From Shigella phage vb_GEC_SH_GT: a DNA stretch of 64,000 bases. The stretch is from the sequence record OR887633. One strand, given 5' to 3'. Under the pieces are notes generated by a model, which had not been told where the DNA came from, searched no databases, and saw nothing but the letters and a program-made list of their open reading frames with translations. Positions 31,514 through 42,434 of the stretch are shown here, piece by piece; the first letter of the stretch is position 1, and the number at the start of each line of letters is the position of its first letter. Both the position numbers and the translations under genes were made by a program.

Positions 31514-32056
31514 TTAATTTAAAATAGCTACCACCGCACTACGAGGTACTACACTAAAATCACCTGCATGAACAACGTTCAGAAGTTCAACACCATCTTC
31601 AATCCACTGGTCTGTTACCCAACCACAGACCGAAATAAATGGAGTCTTGATAGCTACAGCACGAGTTAGAAGGTCTGTAGGGTCTTGTTCTTCAACTTCT
31701 TGGAACAGGATGAACTCTGCTTCATAAACCAGGATTTTCTCTATTTTGTTATTGTCTAAACGACGACCGTGGACAATATAAGATTTAGTAAACCATTTAC
31801 TTTTTCCAAAGTCTTCAACAGTAAATTCGCCTTCGCCAAAAACATCAGTCAAAGTTTTATAGCCGGAAATCAAGGCATTTGTTTTAATTTCAGGTTCAAC
31901 TAGTTTGTAGGTTTTGCCGATTTCAATAGCGGTAGTCATAGTAGATTCCTTAATTTCCAGTGGTTTAACAGGGCATACATAAGTGCTTACAACATCAAAA
32001 TCAATCAGTTTAGCTACCGGATTTGGTGTATATTCAGGATTATAATTAAATTTCAT
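31514..32056 (-). CDS. hypothetical protein, paralog of 30940-31437
   Basis: 180-aa ORF; shared C-terminal domain. Confidence 0.45.
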   Translation of the reverse strand: MKFNYNPEYTPNPVAKLIDFDVVSTYVCPVKPLEIKESTMTTAIEIGKTYKLVEPEIKTNALISGYKTLTDVFGEGEFTVEDFGKSKWFTKSYIVHGRRLDNNKIEKILVYEAEFILFQEVEEQDPTDLLTRAVAIKTPFISVCGWVTDQWIEDGVELLNVVHAGDFSVVPRSAVVAILN

Positions 32057-32058
32057 AA

Positions 32059-32559
32059 TTATCTCATTTCAATAAAATCTACGAGTTCAGCATGGGATTT
32101 ACGGAACATTACTTGGTGCCCGCCAATGATAACTTCATCTTCAGGAACTTCGTATACAGCGAGATAAAATCCTTTAGAAGATAATTCTTCCCGCTCTTCT
32201 CGTGTGAACCATCTCATCATATCATATTCACTAGCGAAAGCAAAATGATAAAGAGCTATAAACCATCCTGGAATATGATATTCTACTCCAACATAATCTT
32301 TCTTGAACTTAGTATTAATTACTATATTAGCGTTTTTAACTAATAGTTTATCTTCGTGTGGTAAAGGAATTCTTTTATTATTATCGCTATGATGCATAAA
32401 ATTAGGTCTGTCATAACCTACGTGTAATAGCCACTCTTCGCTCCATGAATCTATTATACTCCTGTACGGTGTTATTTGAACACAAAGATTTCGACGTATT
32501 GTTATAGCATCTTCATAATCAAGAATACTAAACGATGATTCAACACGATAAATTTTCAT
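32059..32559 (-). CDS. hypothetical protein
   Basis: ATG at 32559 with GAGGA SD (track start is TTG); downstream of early promoter 32587-32616. Confidence 0.45.
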   Translation of the reverse strand: MKIYRVESSFSILDYEDAITIRRNLCVQITPYRSIIDSWSEEWLLHVGYDRPNFMHHSDNNKRIPLPHEDKLLVKNANIVINTKFKKDYVGVEYHIPGWFIALYHFAFASEYDMMRWFTREEREELSSKGFYLAVYEVPEDEVIIGGHQVMFRKSHAELVDFIEMR

Positions 32560-32586
32560 TTTATTATCCTCAGTAGCTATGGTGTT

Positions 32587-32616
32587 ATAATACCACAACT
32601 AACCGAGGAAGTAAAC
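32587..32616 (-). promoter_or_regulatory. T4-type early promoter
   Basis: GTTTAC (32616-32611), 18-bp spacer, TATTAT (32592-32587). Confidence 0.5.
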
Positions 32617-32622
32617 AACTTT

Positions 32623-33306
32623 TTATCGTTTTGTTGGAAGAGATAGAGGATCGCACTCTTCTTCTGACGGAGCATCTTCAAGACCCATAGCATATCGCAA
32701 AGCATACTTCATCATCAGGATGTCTTTCGCACAGTCATGAATAGAATCATGCGCAACGAATCCATCTAAAGTTCCCTTTGGAAGAGGACACGTGGTCATA
32801 TCACGAACAAGGAGAAGTGCTTCAATTCTGGTACGAATATCACGCTGATTCCAGAATTTACATGGTTCTAACTTAAATGTGTCAAGTTCATTCTCAGAAA
32901 CGCCATTAAGACGTTGAATATCGCGAATGAGATCGACTAAAATTGGAAAATCAAACGACATTCCACGGCACCAGCCTTGAGATTTCCAAGGATCGATATT
33001 ATGTGCATTGATGTAATCATTAAATTTTACAATACCATCGATGGTGCTTACATCTTCATCTGATGGTGCAATATTTTTTCGAGCTTCAGGAGACTGATTT
33101 TTCCACCATTCGATAGTGCTTTTAGTAAAAAGACGATGTCCTTTTTGGCTTTTTAAATCAAATTTGATTTTAATGCCACGTGAAACTAATTCATCGAACG
33201 TTTCAACCACTTCTGGATTAGGGTCAAAGGCAATAACAGCCAAATCAATAACAGCTGCCTTTTCACCGCTTCCCATTGTTTCAAAATCTATAATAAAATC
33301 AAACAT
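32623..33306 (-). CDS. dexA: exonuclease A DexA (DEDDh 3'-5' exonuclease)
   Basis: 227-aa ORF; DFETMG exonuclease motif. Confidence 0.8.
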   Translation of the reverse strand: MFDFIIDFETMGSGEKAAVIDLAVIAFDPNPEVVETFDELVSRGIKIKFDLKSQKGHRLFTKSTIEWWKNQSPEARKNIAPSDEDVSTIDGIVKFNDYINAHNIDPWKSQGWCRGMSFDFPILVDLIRDIQRLNGVSENELDTFKLEPCKFWNQRDIRTRIEALLLVRDMTTCPLPKGTLDGFVAHDSIHDCAKDILMMKYALRYAMGLEDAPSEEECDPLSLPTKR

Positions 33307-33548
33307 TAAATTTTCCTCGCTAAATCGCGAATTTGACCTACAGTATAATCTTGGATATAAACTTTATTAATGGGCTCATCAATAAATTTTTCCATAGATT
33401 CAATATCTTTTTGTATCTCTTCAAGACTGTATACTATCTTTGAAGCTTTTTCGCGAATAGTAACATTATCAGGTCCTGGATTTTCCTCAATGACAGCTTT
33501 AACATTTGTCATAAGAGATTTAAACTGATGCAAACTTAATTCAATCAT
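33306..33548 (-). CDS. hypothetical protein
   Basis: ATG at 33548 (track start is GTG). Confidence 0.4.
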   Translation of the reverse strand: MIELSLHQFKSLMTNVKAVIEENPGPDNVTIREKASKIVYSLEEIQKDIESMEKFIDEPINKVYIQDYTVGQIRDLARKI

Positions 33549-33786
33549 TAATAATCGCCTTATAAAGATGACTAATTTCACCTAAAACATAATCACTGAT
33601 TGTAACAGTTTTCACTTCACCACAAAAGAATTCTAACGCAATCAAATCTCGTTCAATTTCTTCTAGTTGAAGCATTAACTTGCCTGATTTAATTTTTACA
33701 TTTGTACAATTTTTACTATAAGCTATTTCATAAATTTCACTCACTTTATCTTGAAGCAGATAAAACTGGTCTTTAGTTATTTCCAC
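33541..33786 (-). CDS. hypothetical protein
   Basis: no ATG start; GTG at 33786 with GAGGAAG SD, or TTG at 33801. Confidence 0.3.
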   Translation of the reverse strand: MEITKDQFYLLQDKVSEIYEIAYSKNCTNVKIKSGKLMLQLEEIERDLIALEFFCGEVKTVTISDYVLGEISHLYKAIIND

Positions 33787-34033
33787 AAATAGCTTCCTCA
33801 AATTTAATCAGCAGCTTACAGACACTTTCATCTAGCGTAATTACCGTATCTGTATTACTGTGATATGATTGTTTTTCAATTCGTTTAATTGCTAGTATAG
33901 TATCACTTATAAGATTAAGCTTATAAAGGAGCTCAGCTCCTGTTACCATAACACTGAGGTTATCTTGCTTATCAGTATGCTTCTTTATACCATCTATTAG
34001 ACGATTTAAATATTTTGAATTGATGTTAATCAT
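33773..34033 (-). CDS. hypothetical protein
   Basis: 86-aa ORF, ATG start. Confidence 0.45.
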   Translation of the reverse strand: MININSKYLNRLIDGIKKHTDKQDNLSVMVTGAELLYKLNLISDTILAIKRIEKQSYHSNTDTVITLDESVCKLLIKFEEAICGNN

Positions 34034-34039
34034 ATATCC

Positions 34040-35359
34040 TCACACATAAAACACATCATAACGACCACGAGTGACACCAACATAAAGAAGCTGCTGAGCT
34101 AGTTCAGCATCTGCATAATGAATACAAGGCGTATAAATGAAAGCACGGTCTACAGACATGCCCTGCGCTTTATGGAATGTTGATGCAGGAAGTGCTTTCA
34201 CTTTACTAAACTGTGATTTAGCATCCCAAAAATCACTCCATGGAGCTTTTCCGCCTTTATTCCAATTTTTGTAAGTTTCTGCAGTTTTACCTAAAAATAG
34301 GTTAAACTTATATAGCTCTTCATCAGATGAAATTATTTTAATCTTTTCACGATAATATTCATCATCGCCGTAAGTTTCTACTGTTAAATCCCAATGACGA
34401 ATTAGATATTCTCCAGAAACACCACGAGCTTTAACAAATGTTGATGTATACTCTGCTTCTATAATACGAACTAATTGTCCGTTATTAAAAATAATTTCTG
34501 ACACAGGCTTTCCATCAATTTTATATGTTTTAATTAATGGTTCCTGCATTACAATAATTTCACCAACGATAAAATCTTTATCAGTTTCAAAAATCTTTTT
34601 ACGAATAATGCTATTTAACTTATCAACAGATTTATTCGTAAATGCCATTACGCGATTTTCAAACAAATCATCTAGTGATTTTACGATTGAAAAATAATTT
34701 ACCATAAAATCGCGTAAAGCGGTATCACCAGTAAATCCACGTACTCCATGTCCGTCAACAACTTTATCATAAATCCACTTACCGTTACGAACATCAGTAG
34801 CTACATCAATAATAGGAGCATTACTGCGTTTAACTTCAGTGAGTTCACACTGATAAAAATCTTTGTGCGTAAAGAATGGACTGATATAAGCAGTGTTTTC
34901 TCCTGGGTCAACAGGTCTAATTTGCTTATTATCGCCTATTCCAATTATAGTACACCATGGCGGGATAGTTGAAAGCAGAATTTTAAATAGCTTTCTATCA
35001 TACATTGACACTTCGTCGCAGATTAATACTCTGCATTTAGCCAAATCTGGTACTTCTTTTTGTTCAAAAAGAACGTTTTCTTCGTATGTTACCGGGTTAA
35101 TTTTAAGAATACTGTGAATAGTACTCGCTTCTTTCCCTGATAGTTTTGAAAGAATCTTTTTAGCTGCATGTGTAGGAGCTGCTAAAATAATTCCAGTTTC
35201 GCCTGTAGATATTAAGGCTTCAATGATGAACTTAGTAAGAGTAGTCTTACCAGTACCAGCAGGTCCATTAATAGTTACATGATGTTTCTTTTCTTTGATA
35301 GCCCTCATAACAATGTTAAAGGCATTTTTCTGGCCTTCGGTCAAATCATCAAATGTCAT
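34040..35359 (-). CDS. dda: SF1B DNA helicase Dda
   Basis: 439 aa; Walker A GPAGTGKT, Walker B LICDEVSM. Confidence 0.9.
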   Translation of the reverse strand: MTFDDLTEGQKNAFNIVMRAIKEKKHHVTINGPAGTGKTTLTKFIIEALISTGETGIILAAPTHAAKKILSKLSGKEASTIHSILKINPVTYEENVLFEQKEVPDLAKCRVLICDEVSMYDRKLFKILLSTIPPWCTIIGIGDNKQIRPVDPGENTAYISPFFTHKDFYQCELTEVKRSNAPIIDVATDVRNGKWIYDKVVDGHGVRGFTGDTALRDFMVNYFSIVKSLDDLFENRVMAFTNKSVDKLNSIIRKKIFETDKDFIVGEIIVMQEPLIKTYKIDGKPVSEIIFNNGQLVRIIEAEYTSTFVKARGVSGEYLIRHWDLTVETYGDDEYYREKIKIISSDEELYKFNLFLGKTAETYKNWNKGGKAPWSDFWDAKSQFSKVKALPASTFHKAQGMSVDRAFIYTPCIHYADAELAQQLLYVGVTRGRYDVFYV

Positions 35360-35667
35360 CGTAAATTCCCTGCAATTGGTATACTAACAATACGCCCAGT
35401 ATCTAAAATTCGCCGATATAATCTTTGTGTGTCTACATCAGGCTTAACATGTTTAACTTCTATTTTATTAAACCAAAACTTGCGTGGAGTCTCAACTAAT
35501 CTCGGAATTCCCATACCTAAAGCTAGTTGATACTGCTCTTTAAGAGTAGTAAATACTTTATCAGCAATCTCCCTTTCAAAAAATACAGCAGGACGATGTT
35601 CATCAAGAGGAACAGGCACCGCAAATCCATCTTTATCTCTATACACTATCGCATATACATAAAACAT
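35356..35667 (-). CDS. hypothetical protein
   Basis: 103-aa ORF. Confidence 0.45.
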   Translation of the reverse strand: MFYVYAIVYRDKDGFAVPVPLDEHRPAVFFEREIADKVFTTLKEQYQLALGMGIPRLVETPRKFWFNKIEVKHVKPDVDTQRLYRRILDTGRIVSIPIAGNLR

Positions 35668-35668
35668 A

Positions 35669-36415
35669 TTATCCTCGGATAAGTTTAAAAATTGAACAAT
35701 TTAGCGGGTATCCTCTTTTCAGTTTAAGTTTATCAATAAAAGACAAGTTTTGATACCGCTCTACACCTTGAATAATTTTATCACACATATCATATTGCAT
35801 TTCTGCTTCTGACAACTTTTTCACGGTTTTCCAATCTGAGCCTTTAAGAAGAACATTCAATTTAACAACTTCAGCGCCTTCTGCTATACGAGAACCATCA
35901 ATACGAGCTTTAAGTGCTATAATCGTTAGCTTAACGTCAGAGGTTTGTTTTGATTTAGAAAGCTGAGAAATGTGCTCAATTCGGTTTTCGCGTTTTTTCT
36001 GTATAGCTTTAATTTGATTATAAGTCTTTTTGATTTTAGCCCATTTCTTTTCATCTAAATTTAGTTTATGAACTTTTTTCGCAGATGAACGACCAATTCG
36101 CAAAGCAAATAAATCACGCTTTTCAATCAACTCTTCTAAAGTATAATCAGAACGAAATGTATTATACTTTTTCTTTACAGCAATAACATTCCCTTTAATG
36201 TATCCAACGTTATTATCAAAACGTTCTAATGATAATTTCTCTCCTTCAATACGATTATCAAAAGGTTCTCCCGAGTAAGCACAAACTTTCTGATCTAAAA
36301 TGTTCTTAATGTAATTGAAGTCTAAGTTAAAATCTTTAGAACGTCTTTTAGCAGATGCCTGAGTATGCTCTAGACGACGTGTAATTTTACGAATTTGATT
36401 TTTAGACAGTTTCAT
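35669..36415 (-). CDS. hypothetical basic protein (possibly Srd)
   Basis: 248-aa lysine-rich ORF at the srd position; identity from recollection only. Confidence 0.4.
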   Translation of the reverse strand: MKLSKNQIRKITRRLEHTQASAKRRSKDFNLDFNYIKNILDQKVCAYSGEPFDNRIEGEKLSLERFDNNVGYIKGNVIAVKKKYNTFRSDYTLEELIEKRDLFALRIGRSSAKKVHKLNLDEKKWAKIKKTYNQIKAIQKKRENRIEHISQLSKSKQTSDVKLTIIALKARIDGSRIAEGAEVVKLNVLLKGSDWKTVKKLSEAEMQYDMCDKIIQGVERYQNLSFIDKLKLKRGYPLNCSIFKLIRG

Positions 36416-36444
36416 ATTTTTCTCACGGACGGTTAACTACTTAT

Positions 36445-36474
36445 ACTATATCATTTTTACTTCAGCTTGTAAAC
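36445..36474 (-). promoter_or_regulatory. T4-type early promoter
   Basis: GTTTAC (36474-36469), 18-bp spacer, TATAGT (36450-36445). Confidence 0.5.
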
Positions 36475-36530
36475 AACTTTATGAAAAATGCTTTAAAACT
36501 TTCATGGTATAATGAATCTAAGTCCTTCCA

Positions 36531-37133
36531 TTATAGATTAAATCCTTCAAAGTCAAGAGTATAGATAGTGTATGTTGAATACTTTTTATACTCGTATCTA
36601 TCCGCAATTCTAAATACACTTCCAGCTGGTATCATTACTTCTTGTTCATCTGAAACTAATTCCATATTACGATAGCGATGGCTATCTGGAAACTTAAAAC
36701 TTGGACTATATTCTTTACAACGTAGAGCTTTTATAGCATACTCCTGAAAATTAAATACCATAGGAGCTTTGAATTCAAAAATAACTTGTGTATTGTATTC
36801 TAATCCAGAAGCAAAATGCAGAGCTATATTTTTATCATATGAAGCTGATACTACTTTATCGAATGTAATAATATCAATTCCTTGATTTAACGCCTGCTTA
36901 GTCTCAACTGGAACACCTCTCCAAAGAGGTTTATCGTTTGGAACCAAACGAGATTTGATTATTTCATTTAACCAAGAATGATCGTCTGGCTTATTAGTAA
37001 TACAATGAATTAAAAGTTCAATTTCAGATAAATTAAATCCTTCAGAAAGTAATTCTTCGCGAATAGAAGCACGCACCGATGCATCCATTGATTTGATTTT
37101 AAAATCTTTTAATTGCATTGCTGAATATTTCAT
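36531..37133 (-). CDS. modA: ADP-ribosyltransferase ModA
   Basis: 200-aa ORF; tandem paralog of ModB. Confidence 0.75.
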   Translation of the reverse strand: MKYSAMQLKDFKIKSMDASVRASIREELLSEGFNLSEIELLIHCITNKPDDHSWLNEIIKSRLVPNDKPLWRGVPVETKQALNQGIDIITFDKVVSASYDKNIALHFASGLEYNTQVIFEFKAPMVFNFQEYAIKALRCKEYSPSFKFPDSHRYRNMELVSDEQEVMIPAGSVFRIADRYEYKKYSTYTIYTLDFEGFNL

Positions 37134-37765
37134 TCAACTACCTCAATATCATACACTTTAAATGTTCCAAATGAATCGTGTAATTTTTCTTTTGAAATAG
37201 AAGTTATTTTATACTTTCCAATTGGAATCATCCATTCTTGTTCATGTACAATCATCATTAAGTTATCAGTACGTTCTGAATCTAATCCATCGGTATCTTC
37301 ATATGTATACTTAAACTCAGTATTAGGAGAAGAAAGTATAATATCGCTGATATGGTCAGAGTAATTAAAAGCTTTATCAGTTTTTAAGCGAAATATTATT
37401 TCAGTGAAATATTCAGCATAAGAAAAAGAACACGCTGTATGCAAACTAGTAGTAAATGAATCTACTCTGTTCGTTGAAAACACTTCTCCAACTTGTAAAT
37501 CTTTAATGAGTTCTTTTGTCGATTTTGATATACCACGATATAACTGATAAGGTGATTCAGTTAAATGCTTTTTAATGATTTTATTCAACTGCCGATGAAG
37601 AGCTTCATTCTTTTTGGCTTCCATACATTGCCAAAGAACTGACTGTTCAAAGTCAGTAAATTTTTCACAGACCTTTTTATACATATCATATTGAAAATCG
37701 ACACTTTCAGCTTTTATAGATAACTGTTCAACATCTGCAGGATTAATAATCATGATAGCCTCCAT
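37130..37765 (-). CDS. modB: ADP-ribosyltransferase ModB
   Basis: 211-aa ORF overlapping modA start. Confidence 0.75.
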   Translation of the reverse strand: MEAIMIINPADVEQLSIKAESVDFQYDMYKKVCEKFTDFEQSVLWQCMEAKKNEALHRQLNKIIKKHLTESPYQLYRGISKSTKELIKDLQVGEVFSTNRVDSFTTSLHTACSFSYAEYFTEIIFRLKTDKAFNYSDHISDIILSSPNTEFKYTYEDTDGLDSERTDNLMMIVHEQEWMIPIGKYKITSISKEKLHDSFGTFKVYDIEVVE

Positions 37766-37820
37766 ATACTTCAGAAGCTATCATATCATCGTTAGAAAGG
37801 AAAGTAAACAACTTTTTGAA

Positions 37821-38003
37821 TTATTTTGCCCAGGGAGCCCAGGGCGGAGGGTCAAGATGGTATGAAGCTAGTTCTTCTAGAAGAGCATCTGGGGCTTCAA
37901 TTCCATAATTCTGTAATACTATACGGTACTCTTTCTTATAATCACTAGAATCATTCTGGATATTCGTAGAATGATTATCTTCTAACATCTCAAATAAATC
38001 CAT
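37821..38003 (-). CDS. hypothetical protein
   Basis: 60-aa ORF. Confidence 0.4.
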   Translation of the reverse strand: MDLFEMLEDNHSTNIQNDSSDYKKEYRIVLQNYGIEAPDALLEELASYHLDPPPWAPWAK

Positions 38004-38011
38004 ATTAATTC

Positions 38012-38494
38012 CTAGCGATAAAAACCAAATTGACGATTAGCTTCAATAATCTTTCTTTCTTCTTCGGACATTCTCCAGCGTAGTCCAACATCAAAATGAG
38101 CCCAGACCATCTTAATGAATGCATTTATATCTTTAATATCTTCAATAATGAATGTTTTACTTTTAGAAGGTTGACCTGCTAAATTAAGTGCTAATTTAAC
38201 TTTATCGTCTTCAAACAGGTCAAAAAGACCATATTCATGAGCTCTTTTATAGCCTTTAATAGTTAAAGCTTCAGAAGAAGAAAATGGTGAATCAGTATTC
38301 TGCAAAATATCTTCAGTATGCTTTATAATTAGAATAACATTTTCTGGATATTTTCTTTCTTTTATATCTTTAATTAAAAGATTCGGATTTTCTGCTAAAG
38401 GAATAATTAATGAGCACTTTTTGTCAAGCGTATTTACTGATTTACCTTCTTTAGACATAAATTCTATTGAATATAGTTTTGCTACTTCAATCAT
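38012..38494 (-). CDS. hypothetical protein (mrh position)
   Basis: 160-aa ORF. Confidence 0.4.
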   Translation of the reverse strand: MIEVAKLYSIEFMSKEGKSVNTLDKKCSLIIPLAENPNLLIKDIKERKYPENVILIIKHTEDILQNTDSPFSSSEALTIKGYKRAHEYGLFDLFEDDKVKLALNLAGQPSKSKTFIIEDIKDINAFIKMVWAHFDVGLRWRMSEEERKIIEANRQFGFYR

Positions 38495-38651
38495 ATGATT
38501 TCCTCTTGCCTACTAATGGACCGTCAGGAATTTTGTTTTCCTGGATATATTTCTCATTTTCTTCCATCATTTTACTGCCAATTTTAAGAAGCAAATCCAA
38601 TGCTTCATTTGCTTTAGCCTTGGCCTCTTCTAACGTCATATCTTTATTCAT
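38487..38651 (-). CDS. small hypothetical protein (54 aa)
   Basis: manual ORF. Confidence 0.3.
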   Translation of the reverse strand: MNKDMTLEEAKAKANEALDLLLKIGSKMMEENEKYIQENKIPDGPLVGKRKSYD

Positions 38652-38851
38652 GATTTATCCCCATAGATGTCTCTCATCAATTTAAGCGCTGAGCGTTCTA
38701 ATTTCTTTTCTTTCTCAACGCTAATCATTGATTTCATCCATTCTTCTGATTCGTTCTGCATTTCTTTATTTGCTTGTTCAACCCAACCATCATCAATGTA
38801 CATTGAGTTTGGTCTACTGAACCATTCAAACATTTTCTTCAGAACTTTCAT
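38648..38851 (-). CDS. hypothetical protein
   Basis: 67-aa ORF. Confidence 0.4.
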   Translation of the reverse strand: MKVLKKMFEWFSRPNSMYIDDGWVEQANKEMQNESEEWMKSMISVEKEKKLERSALKLMRDIYGDKS

Positions 38852-39311
38852 TTATTTTACCTAAAACAACAGTAGGAGCATCGTCAAATTTATGAATTTT
38901 GAGTAAATTTGGATTTAAATTATTCCATAAAGAGGTAATAAAATATGATAGCGCATTTTCTTCCGTAATTATAAATTTATTTCCCTTATCTATTTTCCAG
39001 TCATATATTGAATCATATGAATATAATGGCAGCGGTTTATTGTTATAATATGCTTCAGCAACATCAATATAGTTAGATTTAGTAAATGCTTGAATTGACA
39101 TAAATGGAGAATTTCGTACAGTTTCAATAATTCCGATCTTTTTAAGTTTTATTTCAACATCTTCTGGAACTGGCATTGAAATAAAATCTTCTACTAGATA
39201 CATGCTATTATCATATCTTTTATCAATCATTACTGCTACTGTAATTGGAACGTCTTTAGCAAACGACATACTATTACTGCTAATATACATTTCAAACAAA
39301 ATCGCTTCCAT
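38826..39311 (-). CDS. hypothetical protein
   Basis: ATG at 39311 with GAGGA SD (track start is TTG). Confidence 0.45.
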   Translation of the reverse strand: MEAILFEMYISSNSMSFAKDVPITVAVMIDKRYDNSMYLVEDFISMPVPEDVEIKLKKIGIIETVRNSPFMSIQAFTKSNYIDVAEAYYNNKPLPLYSYDSIYDWKIDKGNKFIITEENALSYFITSLWNNLNPNLLKIHKFDDAPTVVLGKINESSEENV

Positions 39312-39319
39312 AATTTTCC

Positions 39320-39661
39320 TCAATCACAAGATGTAGATGAACAATTAGAATCACAAGAACTTCCACATGAATCGCCCGTCCATACATGAACAGGAACATT
39401 AGTGTCATATGAATCAGAACTAGACTGTGTATTCTGTGTATTAGATGATGTAGTAGGTGTTGACCAGCGCCAAGGATTTTTATAATATTCCTGGGCTTCT
39501 TCATAAGTCATAGTAACTGCTTCTACTGTTCCATCTCCCATATAAACGTATTCAACTACAGTTAAAGGAAGGTAGTCATTTGAAATAGGAACTACACCTT
39601 CTCCGGGAGTTGTAGAGAAAAAATCCGTAAAGAAACTTTTAAACCAATTAAAGATAAACAT
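39320..39661 (-). CDS. hypothetical protein with Ser/Thr-rich linker and Cys-rich C-terminus
   Basis: 113 aa; hydrophobic N-terminus; C-terminal [17 protein letters not shown]. Confidence 0.45.
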   Translation of the reverse strand: MFIFNWFKSFFTDFFSTTPGEGVVPISNDYLPLTVVEYVYMGDGTVEAVTMTYEEAQEYYKNPWRWSTPTTSSNTQNTQSSSDSYDTNVPVHVWTGDSCGSSCDSNCSSTSCD

Positions 39662-39867
39662 TACAAAAAGCCTCTCTTGAATTCGACTTGCTTCTCGCCA
39701 TAATCATATCGAATCTCTGCATTAAATTCGACAGAACCATCTGCGTACATCATAAATGAATGCACAACAACTTCTGTAGACCATGGCTGCAGTTCATATT
39801 TCTTCATTACATGCCGTGAAATGATAATATCTAAATCTTCGTTTGGTTTAATCCAGCGATTTAACAT
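39661..39867 (-). CDS. hypothetical protein
   Basis: 68-aa ORF. Confidence 0.4.
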   Translation of the reverse strand: MLNRWIKPNEDLDIIISRHVMKKYELQPWSTEVVVHSFMMYADGSVEFNAEIRYDYGEKQVEFKRGFL

Positions 39868-39933
39868 AGTGCTCTCCTCTATAAGATAATTCTATTATAC
39901 CATACTCATTTTAGAAAGTAAACCGGTAAAATG

Positions 39934-39958
39934 AAAAAAGGACTCCCGAAGGAGTCCT
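39934..39958 (-). terminator. rho-independent terminator after soc
   Basis: GGACUCC-UUCG-GGAGUCC hairpin plus UUUUUU on minus strand. Confidence 0.65.
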
Positions 39959-39965
39959 TGAATTA

Positions 39966-40202
39966 TTAACCACCTATTTGTGTAGGCGTAAACATTGCAG
40001 CATTCTTAGTTTTCCAGTCAGCTGCATCAGAAACTACAGTAGAATATGCCGCCTTTTCAGAAGGAAAGGTCTGATAATGAGAATCTGCAATACGGTGTTC
40101 ATTTGAATATACATCAAATGCTACAGAAACTTCCATACCTTTAACTTCTTTGCCTTCACCCGCTGGATGAGTAAAGGTCTTGATGTTAACGAAACCACCC
40201 AT
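39966..40202 (-). CDS. soc: small outer capsid protein Soc (divergent variant)
   Basis: 78 aa; conserved core VNIKTF...VSVAF...HYQTFPSEKAAYSTV; late promoter 32 nt upstream. Confidence 0.75.
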   Translation of the reverse strand: MGGFVNIKTFTHPAGEGKEVKGMEVSVAFDVYSNEHRIADSHYQTFPSEKAAYSTVVSDAADWKTKNAAMFTPTQIGG

Positions 40203-40233
40203 AATAAACTCCTTTATTGTTTAATTACAAGTG

Positions 40234-40241
40234 TATTTATA
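40234..40241 (-). promoter_or_regulatory. late promoter TATAAATA for soc
   Basis: exact TATAAATA on minus strand inside the 3' end of the HNH ORF. Confidence 0.6.
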
Positions 40242-41073
40242 AACCATTTTCAAACCTCTTTATCATATTTATATAGTTTTCATCGGGATAACCTAGACTA
40301 ACTGCTAACTTTCTAAAATTGACATATTTAGGTTTGTTGTTATTAATCCATAATTCTCTAAGCTCTTTTTCATAATTCCATTTAAGTTGATTTCTGCGTG
40401 CAGTTTTGCTTAAAGTTTTTCCTTTAGCTTTTAAAGCTTTTTCGGATGATTGTTTTAATTTTTGAATATTTAAAACTTCTTCTATAGATAAATTATTTTC
40501 CTTTGAATACCTTATGCAAAAATCTTTTACTACGGCTATTAGGCAATTTTTGTGAGTACCTAAAATTTCTGGATTATTTTCTTCAACTAAAATTCCCCAA
40601 TATCTTCTGTAGCGAGGCATATCCCTTGAAATCCAGTCATTATACCAAAAATCAAAGTTGGAATACATGAAAGATTTTCTTTTGCGAAGAGTATCTTGGT
40701 TTATCCATTGCTCACGTTTATCAGCCCATAACTTAATAGTAAAGTCTTTCTCTAAGTCAGAAAGCTTCTTAAATTGCGAGCTATTTACTGAGGTCATTCT
40801 CTGGAATGCATTTAGCAATCCAAATCTTCCAGTTGAACATAAGAGATAGTGAACATATATGTGTTGATATATTGGGAGATATACTCTATTCCAAGGATAT
40901 ATTTTAAAATCACTATACTCAGGAAATGCGCATTTAGGAAGTATATGATGGGCTTCTGTTTTAGATTTAATGTGAGTGTTTAACTTATACTTATCTATAA
41001 TTTTTAAGTACTCATCTAAAAGTTCCCATTGCGGGAACTTTTCTTTAAGAGCAGATTTGAAATTAATATCCAT
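40237..41073 (-). mobile_element. putative HNH-family homing endonuclease
   Basis: 278 aa from ATG at 41073 (track start is TTG); TEAHHILPKC motif; basic C-terminal half. Confidence 0.45.
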
Positions 41074-41581
41074 TATCTTGACGTTCAAAATTATGTTTGT
41101 TCTTCAGGTAATAAAGTTTAAAGATTTCTTCAGCTGTAAGACCAAGACCCTGGAACATATTCAGAACGAAATGAAGAATATCAATCATTTCAAATTTAAT
41201 TTCTAACTGGTCTTGCGGAGACAAATCAGTAATTAGAGTTTCACGGCGTTCACCATGTTGAGCTTTCCAAGGCTTCCATACAGCAGATGCATCTTTTTCG
41301 CCATTGCTCATACCGCCAAGAGAAGTTAGAAGTTCGCGGAATTCATCATCAATATAATCTTTCTGATTGCGCAGCCAATCAACAACTTCACCTGCGGTAG
41401 CCAAATCATCAGGATGACGGTTATATTCAGGTTTATCTTTAGCTAAACGAACCTGTAGAGATTTCTGCATATCAAGCATAACCTGCAGCGGGTCTTTTTC
41501 ATCACCAAGAATATCCCAGTATTCATTTTGAGCTTTATCAACACCTTCGATCAAATGAGCGCATTCATTAAAATATGCCAT
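41063..41581 (-). CDS. 56: dCTP pyrophosphatase gp56 (MazG-like)
   Basis: ATG at 41581 (MAYFNEC...); sequence and position. Confidence 0.8.
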   Translation of the reverse strand: MAYFNECAHLIEGVDKAQNEYWDILGDEKDPLQVMLDMQKSLQVRLAKDKPEYNRHPDDLATAGEVVDWLRNQKDYIDDEFRELLTSLGGMSNGEKDASAVWKPWKAQHGERRETLITDLSPQDQLEIKFEMIDILHFVLNMFQGLGLTAEEIFKLYYLKNKHNFERQDNGY

Positions 41582-41641
41582 TATTTTTCCTTTCAATTCA
41601 TCAATAAGTTAAATAATTATATCATTTGAATATGTAAGCAA

Positions 41642-42430
<789 letters not shown>

Positions 42431-42434
42431 TCAT

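Noticed and set aside
33116-33370. Plus-strand 84-aa ORF over the dexA start
   Set aside because: Antisense to two well-supported minus-strand genes; no promoter or SD.
39292-39504. His-rich 70-aa alternative-frame ORF
   Set aside because: Fully nested in the frame of the 39320-39661 gene with no start context; likely spurious.
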